A DNA stretch of 64,000 bases from an uncultured Acidobacteriota bacterium. Lineage in GTDB: Bacteria; Acidobacteriota; Vicinamibacteria; Fen-336. Shown in pieces: positions 50,520-61,200 of the stretch (position 1 is its first letter; each line of letters opens with the position of its first letter). The stretch covers positions 45,052-109,051 of the forward strand of contig CAWFSB010000039.1 of NCBI GenBank assembly GCA_963818355.1, written 5' to 3'. A program made the translations under genes and the position numbers. A model generated the notes under the pieces. It saw only the letters and a program-made list of their open reading frames with translations, ran no database searches and had not been told where the DNA came from.

Positions 50520-51315
50520 ATGTCGAGGCGCCGCGCCGCCCTCGTCGTTGCGGGGCTCGCCGCGCTCAGCGGGGCGGCGGGCGTCGCCTGGTGGCGGTCG
50601 CACGCCGTCGGCGCCGGTGCAGCGGGGCGCGCGTCTCGCCGCCGAGCGTGGCTGCCTCGGTTGCCACGGGCCGGCGGGGCGCCTCGCCGACCCCGACGGC
50701 ACGCGCGGGATCGGCAGCGTGCCCTCGTTCGAGCACGACGACGTGACGGGCTACGCGAAGAGCGAGGACGAGATCCGCGAGTGGATCCTCGACGGGAAGC
50801 CGCGGCGCCTGCGCGAGGCGCGCGAGCGACGAGCCGGAGCCGCTCCTCGCGCATGCCCGCGTGGCGCGGCCGCCTGTCGCCCGCGAGGTCGATCACGCTC
50901 GTCGCCTACGTGAAGGCCGTCTCCGACTTCGACCCCGCTGCCGGACGCCGCGCCGGCGGGCCGGGACGCCGCCGCTCGCCTCGGCTGCTTCGCCTGCCAC
51001 GGGCCGCAGGGCCGCTTCGACACGCCGAACCCCGGCTCGCTCAAGGGCTACGTCCCGTCGTGGAGCGGGCCGGACTTCCCGGAGCTCGCGCGCGACGACG
51101 GCGAGATCCGCGAGTGGATCCGCGACGGCAGCCCGAGGCGTCTCCGCGAGAACCCGGTGGCGGCCTTCTTCCTCCGCCGCCAGGCGATCCGCATGCCCGC
51201 CTACGGCGACCGGGTGAGCGAGGACGAGATCCGGCGGATCATCGCCTACATCGGCTGGCTGCGAGGAGGCGGGCCCTCCCCGGCGCCGCTGAGCCGCGTG
51301 CGCCCCGTCCTTTGA
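50520..51315 (+). CDS. membrane-anchored dihaem c-type cytochrome (at least 4 frame disruptions)
   Basis: ATG 50520. N-terminal anchor MSRRRAALVVAGLAALSGAAGVAWW. Two CxxCH motifs (CLGCHGP in ORF 50548..50913, CFACHGP downstream). Each is followed by a similar ...DEIREWI.DG.PRRLRE... segment. Stop TGA 51313-51315. Confidence 0.7.
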
Positions 51316-51347
51316 GGCCGGGCGGCAAGTGTGCTACACCGGGCAGG

Positions 51348-51662
51348 ATGAGCGAAGACAAGCGAACGTCGCCCCGCGTCTACAACGTGGTCGAGGTCGA
51401 CTGCCACACGATCGACGAGTCGCCGACCCTGGTCGCCGCCCGCATGAGCGACGTCTCCGCGACCGGCGCGTTCCTCGACTCGATGAGCGGCCTCCAGGCG
51501 GGCACGAAGCTGGCCCTGCGCTTCAAGGCGGGGGAGCAGGAGATCCGCGTCGCCGCGGAGGTCATGCACATGATGCCGAGCTTCGGCATGGGCGTGCGCT
51601 TCCTGAACCTCTCGGGAGAGGGCCGCGCCGCGATCGAGGCCCTGATCAGGGAGCAGGGCTGA
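51348..51662 (+). CDS. PilZ-domain protein (104 aa)
   Basis: ATG 51348, intact to 51662. RTSPR (RxxxR) and DVSATG (DxSxxG) motifs with the usual spacing. Confidence 0.75.
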   Translation: MSEDKRTSPRVYNVVEVDCHTIDESPTLVAARMSDVSATGAFLDSMSGLQAGTKLALRFKAGEQEIRVAAEVMHMMPSFGMGVRFLNLSGEGRAAIEALIREQG

Positions 51663-54008
51663 CCGGCCGGACGATCCGCACCTCGAACACCGCCCCGGTC
51701 GAGCTGCCCGGCCCGGTCCGGAAGCCGACGCGGAGCGCGCTCCGGCCGCGGGTGAGCCGCTCGGGGAGCGGGTACTCCACCTGCAGGACCTCGCCCGGCC
51801 GGTCGTCGAAGAGCGACTGCGTGGCGATCGCCTCGCCCTCGACGAGCGACCTCGAAGCGGTGGCGGCGCGACTCGCCGCCCCAGTAGGCGACGCGCAGCG
51901 CCGCCGGGCCCTCCGCGGGGAGGCGGAGGGAGTAGGCGAACGTCCCGCCGGAGCGGGCGCCGCGGCAGCTGCGGCCCTCGAGCGACCAGGCGTCCGAGCC
52001 CGTCTCCTCGAGGTCGTGCGCGCCTTCTCGGCCTCGGGCCGGCCCGCCTCGACGCCGTCCACGGTGCGCGCGTCGATCGCCGCCCGCGCCCGCGCCGCGG
52101 CTCCGGCGCGCGCCTCCCGCTCGGCCCAGCGCCGCCGGGGTCAGCACGTCGAAGTAGACCGAGTAGCGCCGGTCCGCCAGGCGGAAGAACGGCCGCAGGT
52201 CGACGTCGCGCGGCCGGCCGAGGCCGTCCGTGCGGAAGCGAGAGGACCGGGGGCCGGCTTCACGCGGGCCAGGGCCTCGGCCGGGCTCGCGGCGACGAGC
52301 ACCGGCGCCGGCGGCAGCTCCTCGAGGCGCACCTCGGGGGCCGACGGCCCGTACCGCGCCCTGGCGTCGAGGCCCTCCGCGCCGAGGTCGGCGGCCAGCA
52401 CGATCGGGCCGAAGAGGAAGGCGCCCCGGGCCGGGTCGTCGGGCGTCGGCTCGAACCGCAGGCTCATGGGCAGGCGCACCTCGACCACGTCGCCGTCGCG
52501 CCACTCGCGCTCGACCGTCGCGTACGAAGCCGGGCCGGCTCTCGACGGGCTGCGCCTGCGCCGTTGACGCTCACCTCGAGGCCGTCCGTCGCCCAGGCCG
52601 GGTGGCGCAGGCGCAGGGCGAAGCGCGCCGGCTTCTCGAGGCGCAGGACGAGCCGCGTCCCGTCCTCGTCGGGGAAGCGCGTCTCCTGGCGCAGCGACGA
52701 GGCCCTTCTCCTGCCACGTGAGCTCGGAGGCGAGGAAGAGGTTCACGAGGAGCGCGTCGCCCTGGCGCGCGTAGATCGCCTCGCCGTAGCGGGCCGGGTT
52801 CTCCATCCCGGTCCCCACGCAGCACCAGAACGAGTCCTCGGGCGTCGAGTAGGTGCGCCAGGCCCCCGGCTTCGAGCGCGACGTAGTAGGTGACCATCCC
52901 CGTGGCCGGGTCCTGCGAGGCGAGGATGTGGTTGAAGAGGCCGCGCTCGTAGAAGTCGATCCGCGCCGGGTCGGCGTCCCGCAGGAAGAGGCGGCGCGTG
53001 AGCTTCAGCATGTTGTAGGTGTTGCAGGTCTCGGCGGTGGACTCGCCGAGGTGGCGCGAGAGGTGCGCGCACCGGGGAGAAGTGCTCGTCCTCGCTGTGG
53101 CCGCCGATCGCGTAGGAGCGGTGGAGCGCGACGCGCTGCCAGAACGTCTCGGCGACCGCGCAGTAGCGCGGCTCGCCGGTCAGCTCGCAGTCGCGGGCGG
53201 CGCCGATCGCCTTCGGGATCTGGGTGTTCGCGTGCAGGCCGTCGAGCGGGTCCTCGCCGCGGGCGAGCGGGTCGAAGACCGCGCGGTGGTCGAAGAGGCG
53301 GGCGAGGCGCAGGTGCTCCGGGGTCGCCGGTCGTGACGTAGAGCTCGGTGAGGACGTCCTCCATCCCGCCGAACTCGGTCTCGAGCATCGCCTGCCACTG
53401 CGCGTCGGTCGAGGCGCTTCGCGCGGAGGCCCACCCACGCGGCCATGCCCTTCACGACCTCGAGCGCCGCCGGGTCGCCGGTCGCCCGGTGCACGTCGAG
53501 GAGGCCGGCCATGATCTTGTGGAGCGTGTAGTAGGGCGCCCAGACGCCCTTGCGGGCCTCCACGCGGTCGAAGAGCTCCTCGGGGAAGGCGGAGAGGTAG
53601 CCCGGGTGCATGCCGCGCGCGGGGAGCGCCTGCTGCACCTTCCGCAGCTCCGCGACGATCGCCGAGGGCGCGGGCCTTCAGCCGCTCGTCGCCGGTCGCC
53701 TCGTACAGGAGCGCGCAGGCGGTCAGGTAGTGGCCGAGGCTGTGGCCGCGCAGCTCGACGCTCGGCGCCTCCCAGCCGCCGTACGGCTTCGCCGTGGTCG
53801 GCAGCCCGGCGTTGAGGCGGAACGTGTGGAGCAGCCGGTCGGGGTCGAGGCTCAGGAGGTAGGCGAGGTCCCGCTGCTGCGCGTCGCGGAACGGCCCGTC
53901 GAGGATCCGCACGTCGCGCAGGGGGAACGTCTGGGCCGCCGGCGGCACCGGCGCCGCCGCGACCGAGGGAGCCCGAGCGAGGCCATCGCATGGACGCAAC
54001 GACCACAC
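51646..54008 (-). CDS. GH127-family (DUF1680, beta-L-arabinofuranosidase-like) glycoside hydrolase with an extra C-terminal domain (at least 7 frame disruptions; 5' end uncertain)
   Basis: Joined pieces are FPLRDVRILDGPF, GHSLGHYLTACALLYEATGD, YYTLHKIMAGLLD, HANTQIPKAIGAA, YAIGGHSEDEHF, STAETCNTYNMLKL, DSFWCCVGTGMENPARYGE, LPMSLRF...FGPIVLA, then a C-terminal part ending ...AVFEVRIVRPV... It converges on and slightly overlaps the PilZ gene. Confidence 0.75.
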
Positions 54009-54055
54009 GCGAATCGCATGCCGCGATTATCATGTCTCCGGCAACAGGAGTGACC

Positions 54056-55681
54056 ATGCGAAAGCTCGTCGAGTGCGTGCCGAACTTCTCGGAGGGCCGC
54101 GACCGGGCCGTGATCGACGCGATCGCCGACGCGATCCGGGCGACCGCCGGGTGCACCCTGCTCGACGTGGACCCCGGCGCGTCCACGAACCGCACCGTCT
54201 ACACCCTCGTCGGCGCGCCCGACGGCCGTGGTCGAGGGCGCTCTCGCCGCGGCGCGCGTCGCCCGCCTGCGGATCGACATGCGGACGCAGAAGGGCGAGC
54301 ACCCCCGGGTGGGCGCGATGGACGTCTGCCCGTTCGTCCCGGTCTCGGGCGTGACGATGGACGACTGCGTGGCGCTCGCGAACGAGTTCGGCCGGCGCGC
54401 GGCCGCCGAGCTGGGCGTCCCCGTCTACCTCTACGGCCACGCGGCGAGGGCCGACCACCGCCGCACGCTCCAGCAGATCCGGGCGGGGGAGTACGAGGCG
54501 ATCCCCGACCGGATCGGGAAGCCGGAGTGGACGCCCGACTACGGCCCGGCCGAGTTCGTGCCGCAGTGGGGCGCCACGTGCGCGGGTGCGCGCGACTTCC
54601 TGATCGCCTACAACGTGAACGTGCTCGGGACGAAGGAGCAGGCCCACCGCATCGCGCTGAACGTGCGCGAGCAGGGCCGAGGCCCCGGCGAGCCGGGGCG
54701 GCTGAAGGCGGTGCGCGCGATCGGGTGGTGGGTCGAGGAGTACGGCCTCGCCCAGGTCTCGATCAACCTCGAGGACTACAAGACGACGCCGCCGCACGTC
54801 GGCCTTCGAGGCCTGCGCGGAGGAGGCGAGGGCCCTCAACCTCGCCGTGGCCGGCTCGGAGCTCGTGGGCCTCATCCCGCTCGCAGGCGATGCTGATGGC
54901 GGCCGAGCACTACGTCGCGAAGGAGAACCTCTTCGTCCTCGACGAGCGGCAGAAGATCCGCCTCGTGGTCGAGCGGCTCGGCCTCTCGTCGGTGCAACCG
55001 TTCGTCCCGGAGAAGCGCATCATCGAGTACATGATCCCGAAGGACGACGACGAGCCGCTCGCCTCGATGAGCGTGCGCGGCTTCGTGGAGCTCCTGGGCT
55101 CGCGCACTCCGGCCCCCGGCGGGGGCTCCGCCGCCGCGCTCATCGCCGCGATGGGCGCGGCACTCGGGGCCATGGTGGGCTGGATGACGTACGGGAAGCG
55201 GAAGTTCGAGGCGCAGGACCCCGCGATGCGCCGCCTCATCCCCCCGCTCCACGAGGGGATGAAGGCCCTCCTGCCGCTCATCGACCGCGACACGCGGGCC
55301 TTCGACGCCTACCTCGCCGCGGTCGGGATGCCGAAGGAGACGACCGAGGAGAAGGCCGCCCGCCACGTGGCGATGCAGGACGGCCTCAAGGCCGCGGTGC
55401 AGGTGCCGCTCGAGGTGATGCGCACCGCCGACCGGTGCTGGGAGGCGATGGCCGAGATGGGCGCGCACGGCAACCCGGCCTCGCGCTCGGACCTCGAGGT
55501 GGGAGCCAAAGCCCTCGAGGCCGGGATCTGGGGCGCGTTCCGCAACGTGGCCATCAACCTGCCCGGGATCGAGGACGAGCCGTTCCGCAAGGCCACCGCC
55601 GAGGAGGCGGAGGCGCTCGCCGCGCGCGCGGCCCTGATGCGGGACCGGGTCCTGAAGGCGCTCGCCGCACGCCCGGCCTGA
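54056..55681 (+). CDS. bifunctional glutamate formimidoyltransferase / formiminotetrahydrofolate cyclodeaminase-like protein (3 frame disruptions: ~54225, ~54800, ~54880)
   Basis: AGGAG is 6 nt upstream of ATG 54056. [40 protein letters not shown]-type segments, then a cyclodeaminase-like C-terminal half ([24 protein letters not shown]...NLPGI). Confidence 0.8.
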   Translation: MRKLVECVPNFSEGRDRAVIDAIADAIRATAGCTLLDVDPGASTNRTVYTLVGAPDGRGRGRSRRGARRPPADRHADAEGRAPPGGRDGRLPVRPGLGRDDGRLRGARERVRPARGRRAGRPRLPLRPRGEGRPPPHAPADPGGGVRGDPRPDREAGVDARLRPGRVRAAVGRHVRGCARLPDRLQRERARDEGAGPPHRAERARAGPRPRRAGAAEGGARDRVVGRGVRPRPGLDQPRGLQDDAAARRPSRPARRRRGPSTSPWPARSSWASSRSQAMLMAAEHYVAKENLFVLDERQKIRLVVERLGLSSVQPFVPEKRIIEYMIPKDDDEPLASMSVRGFVELLGSRTPAPGGGSAAALIAAMGAALGAMVGWMTYGKRKFEAQDPAMRRLIPPLHEGMKALLPLIDRDTRAFDAYLAAVGMPKETTEEKAARHVAMQDGLKAAVQVPLEVMRTADRCWEAMAEMGAHGNPASRSDLEVGAKALEAGIWGAFRNVAINLPGIEDEPFRKATAEEAEALAARAALMRDRVLKALAARPA

Positions 55682-55688
55682 GCCGCAC

Positions 55689-56252
55689 ATGTGCGACGAC
55701 GACGCGCCCGGCGTCGAGGCGGGCACCCTCCGCGTCTTGCTCGCGCTCAACGCCGCGATGTTCGCGGTCGAGGTCGTGGCGGGGTGGCTGGCCCAGTCCA
55801 CCGGCCTCCTCGCCGACTCGCTCGACATGCTCGCAGACGCAGCCGTCTACGGGCTCGCCCTCCACGCCGTAGGTCGCCCGCCGGGGCTGAAGCTCCGTGC
55901 CGCGCACGCGAGCGGATGGCTGCAGCTCGCGCTCGCGTGCGGGGCCTTCGCCGAGGTCGCCCGTCGTGCCCTCCGGGGCAGCGCGCCCGAGCCGCCCACG
56001 ATGATCGGCGTGTCGCTCGTCGCCCTTGCCGCCAACGTGACCTGCCTGGTGCTGATCCACCGCCACCGGCACCGGGGCGCGCACATGGAGGCGAGCTACA
56101 TCTTCTCGACCAACGACGTGCTCGCCAACCTCGGCGTGATCGCGGCCGGCGCCCTGGTCGCGTGGACCGGATCCCCGGTGCCCGACCTCGTCATCGGTGC
56201 CGCGATCGCCGGGCTCGTCCTGCGGGGCGCGGTCCGGATCCTGAAGCTCTAG
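55689..56252 (+). CDS. short cation-efflux (CDF)-like membrane protein, transmembrane domain only (187 aa)
   Basis: ORF 55689..56252 is intact. LADSLDMLADAAVYGLAL and FSTNDVLANLGVIAAG resemble CDF TM2/TM5 metal-site helices. No C-terminal cytoplasmic domain. Confidence 0.6.
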   Translation: MCDDDAPGVEAGTLRVLLALNAAMFAVEVVAGWLAQSTGLLADSLDMLADAAVYGLALHAVGRPPGLKLRAAHASGWLQLALACGAFAEVARRALRGSAPEPPTMIGVSLVALAANVTCLVLIHRHRHRGAHMEASYIFSTNDVLANLGVIAAGALVAWTGSPVPDLVIGAAIAGLVLRGAVRILKL

Positions 56253-56282
56253 CGCGACCCGCAGTCGAGCGCGGGTCGCGCT
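56251..56282. terminator. bidirectional hairpin between convergent genes
   Basis: AGCGCGACCCGC-agtcgagc-GCGGGTCGCGCT, a perfect 12-bp stem that overlaps the TAG of the CDF gene. The stem is related to the CGACCCGCG hairpin family. Confidence 0.6.
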
Positions 56283-56331
56283 AGTCTTCGTTCCGTTCGC
56301 CTCTCGGGAAGGCCCCCAGGAAGGCCGTCGC

Positions 56332-57975
56332 TCAGGCCGAGAGCGCGGCGGTGACGATCGCGCGGGCCTCGTCCTGGATGAGCTTGAGGTGGGTCGGACC
56401 CTTGAAGCTCTCGGCGTAGAGCTTGTAGACGTCCTCGGTCCCTGACGGCCGGGCCGCGAACCAGCCGTTCTCGGTCACGACCTTGAGCCCGCCGATCGGC
56501 GCGTCGTTGGCCGGGGCCTTCGTGAGCCGCGCCACGATCTTCTCGCCGGCCAGCGTGTCGGCCGCGACCGCCTCCGGCGCGAGCTTCCCGAGCGCGGCCT
56601 TCTGCTCGCGGGTCGCCGGCGCGTCGATCCGCTCGTAGACGGGCGACCCGAACCGCCCTTCGAGCCCGCGGTAGAGCTCGCCCGGGTCCCGGCCCGTGAC
56701 CGCGCGGATCTCGCAGGCGAGGAGGTCCAGCAGGATGCCGTCCTTGTCGGTCGTCCAGACCGTGCCGTCCTTTCGCAGGAACGACGCGCCCGCGCTCTCT
56801 TCTCCTCCGAATCCGAAGGAGCCGTCCACGAGGCCGTCCACGAACCACTTGAAGCCCACCGGCACCTCGGCGAGCCGCCGGCCGAGGTCCTTCGCGACGC
56901 GGTCGATCATCGAGCTCGAGACGAGCGTCTTGCCGACGGCGGCGTCCTTGCGCCAGCCGGTGCGGTGGGCGAAGAGGTAGCCGATCGCCACCGCGAGGTA
57001 GTGGTTGGGGTTCAGGAGGCCAGCGGTGGGAGTGACGATGCCGTGGCGATCGGCGTCGGCGTCGTTGCCGAAGGCCACGTCGAAGCGGTCCTTGAGGCCG
57101 ATCAGGCCCGCCATCGCGCAGGGCGACGAGCAGTCCATCCGGATCTTGCCGTCCTTGTCGAGCGTCATGAAGGAGAACGTCGGGTCCACCATCGGGTTCA
57201 CGACGTCGAGCGCGATGCGGTAGCGCTCGGCGATCGGCCCCCAGTAGTCGACAGAAGCTCCGCCGAGGGGATCGACGCCGATCCGGAGCTTCGCGCCGGC
57301 AATGGCGTCCATGTCGAGCACGTTCGCCAGGTCGGCGACGTAGGGACCCACGAAGTCGTGCTCCCGCGTGGTCGCGGCGCGCAGCGCCTTCTCGAAGCTC
57401 ACGCGCTTCACGTCGCGCAGGCCACCTTCGAGGATGGCGTTGGCCCGCGACTCCACCGCCTTCGTGATGTCGCCTCCTGCCGGACCGCCGTCGGGCGGGT
57501 TGTACTTGAAGCCGCCGTCGTCCGGCGGGTTGTGGGAGGGCGTGACGACGACACCGTCCGCGAAGTCGGCCTTCCGGCCGCGATTCCAGGCCAGGATCGC
57601 GTGCGAGATCGCCGGCGTGGGCGTGTAGCGCCGCCCCGCCTGGATCCGCACCTCGACCCCGTGCGCCGCGAACACCTCGAGCGCGGTGGCGAGCGCGGGC
57701 TCGGAGAGCGCGTGGGTGTCCATGCCGAGGAAGAGCGGGCCCGTGATGCCCTTGGCGCGGCGGTGCTCGACGAGGGCCTGGCTCGTGGCGAGGATGTGGT
57801 CCTCGTTGAAGCTGCCGCGCAGCGACGATCCGCGGTGGCCGGAGGTCCCGAAGGCCACGCGCTGTCCCGGGTCGGAAGGATCGGGCTTCGTCACGTAGTA
57901 CGCCGAGACGAGGCGCGGGACGTTGACGAGGAAGGATCGGGGGGCGGGCTTGCCGGCAAGCTCGTGCAGCGACAT
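56332..57975 (-). CDS. pgm: phosphoglucomutase (alpha-D-glucose phosphate-specific type)
   Basis: GGAGG is 7 nt upstream of ATG 57975, internal to ORF 56332..58014. Active-site [15 protein letters not shown], metal loop [11 protein letters not shown], sugar loop GGEESAG, and [13 protein letters not shown]. Intact. Confidence 0.9.
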   Translation of the reverse strand: MSLHELAGKPAPRSFLVNVPRLVSAYYVTKPDPSDPGQRVAFGTSGHRGSSLRGSFNEDHILATSQALVEHRRAKGITGPLFLGMDTHALSEPALATALEVFAAHGVEVRIQAGRRYTPTPAISHAILAWNRGRKADFADGVVVTPSHNPPDDGGFKYNPPDGGPAGGDITKAVESRANAILEGGLRDVKRVSFEKALRAATTREHDFVGPYVADLANVLDMDAIAGAKLRIGVDPLGGASVDYWGPIAERYRIALDVVNPMVDPTFSFMTLDKDGKIRMDCSSPCAMAGLIGLKDRFDVAFGNDADADRHGIVTPTAGLLNPNHYLAVAIGYLFAHRTGWRKDAAVGKTLVSSSMIDRVAKDLGRRLAEVPVGFKWFVDGLVDGSFGFGGEESAGASFLRKDGTVWTTDKDGILLDLLACEIRAVTGRDPGELYRGLEGRFGSPVYERIDAPATREQKAALGKLAPEAVAADTLAGEKIVARLTKAPANDAPIGGLKVVTENGWFAARPSGTEDVYKLYAESFKGPTHLKLIQDEARAIVTAALSA

Positions 57976-58008
57976 CGGCGGACCTCCGGGTGTCGGTCCA
58001 TTATGCCC

Positions 58009-58112
58009 TGTCATCCCGAGGAGCTACGTCCTCGCCGGGCGACGAGGGATCCGCCGTCGCTGAGGCTGCGGATCCCTCGGGACCGGGCGAGCCGGAGTCC
58101 CTCGGGATGACA
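58009..58112 (+). repeat. nested-palindrome intergenic repeat, copy 5 (compact form)
   Basis: TGTCATCCCGAGGAGC..GGGCGACGAGGGATCCGCC..TGCGGATCCCTCGGGACC..GGAGTCCCTCGGGATGACA. Lies in the divergent region between pgm and the kinase gene. Confidence 0.85.
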
Positions 58113-58276
58113 CGGCGCTCTATGCGAGGCCGGCCCCGGATCGGGCGAGTCGGTCGGTTTGGCCGGTTTGTAGGCCCCCTGCGAAAGCCTGTCGCCAATA
58201 TCCACACAAGAAGTGGAGCGTCTTGACGCGTCCGGGTCTATAGTCGGAGCCGATCGGGTCAGGCAACGGAGCGGCC

Positions 58277-61200
58277 ATGCCTCTGGCTGCGGGTGTTCGT
58301 CTCGGTCCCTACGAGATCGCAGAGCTGCTGGGCGCCGGTGGAATGGCGGAGGTGTACCGCGCCCACGACCCCCGTCTCGGCCGCGACGTCGCGATCAAGG
58401 TCGTCCTCACCGACGGGGCGCCCGCGCCCGACCGTCTCCGCGCCTTCGAGGACGAGGCACGGGCCGTCGCCGCCCTCTCCCACCCGAATGTCCTGACCGT
58501 CTTCGACGTCGGCTCCTCCGGCGGGCGTCCCTACCTCGTGCTCGAGCTCCTGGAGGGCGAGAGCCTCCGGCAGCGCCTCCAGCGCGGGTCGATGCCCCTG
58601 CGATCCGCGGTCGAGCTCGCGATCGAGGTGTGCCACGGGCTCGAGGCCGCGCACGCGCGCTCCGTCGTCCACTGCGACCTCAAGCCCGACAACCTCTTCC
58701 TCACCGCGGACGGCAGGGTCAAGATCCTCGACTTCGGGATCGCCCGCCTGACGCGGCCGAACGGCGGGGACCCCGCCGACACGGACACGAAGCCGGGCCT
58801 CCTGATGGGCACCGTGGGCTACCTCTCGCCCGAGCAGGCGCGCGGGCTCGCTCCGGACGGGCGCGCGGACCTCTTCGCCCTCGGAGCGATCCTGTACGAG
58901 GCCCTCAGCGGCCGTCGCGCGTTCGCCGGCGCTTCGGTCGCGGACACCATCGCGGCGGTGCTGCACGACGACCCGCCTCCGCTGCGCACCGTTCTCGGAC
59001 CGCTGCCCTCGATGCTCGACCGGGTGGTCCGCCGCTGCCTGCACAAGGACCGGGACGAGCGCTTCCACTCGGCGCACGACCTCGCCCTCGCGCTCGAGGC
59101 GGTGCTCGACCGGCCGCTGCCGGGAGGCGGGCCCGTGGCCGGCGATGAGGAGCGCAGCCCCTACCCCGGCCTGCGCGCGTTCACCGAGGCGGACACGGGC
59201 CGCTTCTTCGGCCGAGAGGCCGAGGTGGGACGGGTCTGGGAGCGGCTGCGGCACGAGCGGCTGCTGGGTGTCATCGGGCCGTCCGGCGCGGGCAAGACGT
59301 CCTTCGTCCGGGCCGGCGTCGCCGCCGCGCAGCCGACCGGCTGGGCCGTGATCGTGTGCACTCCGGGCACGGCGCCCCTCCAGCAGCTGGGCCAGTGCCT
59401 CGCTCCCCACCTCGCGGGCGACCCCGAGGCGCTCCGGCTCCTGGTGCGGTTCGACGACCCGGAGTGCGCCCTCGCCCTCCTCGCCCGCTGGCGGCGCGGG
59501 TACGTCGCGGCCGTCGTGATCGTGGACCAGTTCGAGGAGCTCTTCACCCTCAACCCGCCGGAGGGCCAGGCCCGATTCGCGGCCCTCCTCGGCCGCCTCG
59601 CGGCCGAGGCCGACGTGCGCGTCCTTCTCTCGATGCGCGACGACTTCCTGATGCGCTGCCACGACCACGAGGGGCTCCGGACGGTCTTCGACGGCCTCGT
59701 GCCGCTCGGCGCCCCGTCCGGCGACGCGCTCCGGCGCGCGCTCGTCGAACCCGCGCGGGCGGAAGGCTTCCGTTTCGAGGAGGGTCTGGCCGACGAGATG
59801 CTGGCCGCGGTCGAGGGCGAGCGGGGAGCGCTGCCGCTCCTCGCTTTCTCCGTGGCGCGCCTCTGGGGCGAGCGGGAACGGGGAGGCCGTCTGCTCACCC
59901 GCGCCGCCTACGAGCAGACCGGGGGCGTCGCCGGTGCGCTGGCGCAGCACGCCGAGGAGACGCTGGAGCGGATCGGGGACGCGCGCCAGGCCCTGGTGCG
60001 CGAGGTCTTCCGCAACCTGGTGACCGCCGAGGGCACGCGGGCCTCGGTCGATCGCGAGGAGCTGCTCTCGGCCTTCGCCGATCGCCGTGCCGTCGAGGAG
60101 GTGCTGGACGAGCTGGTGGACGCACGGCTGCTCACCACGTACGAGGTGCGCGCGCGGGACGGCGACCGGCGCTACCGGGTCGAGATCATCCACGAGTCGC
60201 TCCTGCGGGCCTGGCCCCGGCTCGTCCGCTGGCAGGCGCAGGACGCGGAGGGGTCGCTGCTGCGCGACCAGCTGCGGCAGGCCGCGCACCTGTGGGACGA
60301 GAAGAAGCGTCCCGCGGACCTCCTCTGGTCGGGGACCTCCTTCCGCGAGTTCGCGCTCTGGCGCGAGCGCTACCCCGGGGCGCTCACCGCCCTGGAGGAG
60401 CAGTTCGCGCGTGCCATGGTGAGCCGGGTGGAGAGCCGGCGCCGCCTGCGGCACGCGGCCGTCGCCGGCGTCTTCGGCGCGCTCCTGCTGGTGCTGGCCG
60501 TGATCGGCGCCCTGCTCCGGCGCACGAACCTCGCGCTCGAGCGTTCCGTGGTCGACCAGGCCCGGGCGCGGGCAAGCAAGCTCGTGGCGCTCGGGCGGCT
60601 GGAGCTCGGCAACTACCCGACGGCGGCCCTCGCCTACGCCCGCAAGAGCCTCGAGAAGGCCGACACGATCGAGGCGAGGCTGCTGGCCCTCGAGGCCCTG
60701 TGGCGGGGGCCCACGGCGCGGATCCTGCCCCTGCCCCGCGAGTTGGACTGCACGAGGCTCGCCTTCAGCCCCGACGGCCAGCGGCTGGCCTGCTCGGGCT
60801 TCCAGCCGCGCGTCGCCGTCTTCACCGACGACGGCGTCCGGTCGAAGGTCCTGGGCGGTCACGAGTCGCTCGCGGACGCGCGAGCCGTGGCCTTCACGCC
60901 CGACGGCCGCAACCTGCTGACCTGGGCCCCCGGCGATCCCCTGGTGCGCGACTGGTCGGTGGACGGCTGGATGCCCCGGGACATCCCCGGTGAGGCCCTG
61001 TGGCTGAGGGTCGCCGACGAGGGAACGGCCGTCTCGATCGGCTCCGTCGGCGGGGGCAGAACGCACGTCGTGCGGTCCTTCTCTCCCGACGGGGGGACCG
61101 TCAATCGCTCGTGGCGGTGGACCCCTCCCGCGGAGCTCCGCTTCGACCAGCCCGGCCTGCGGCCCTTGGCGGTCGATCGGAACGTGCGGTGGCTCCTGTA

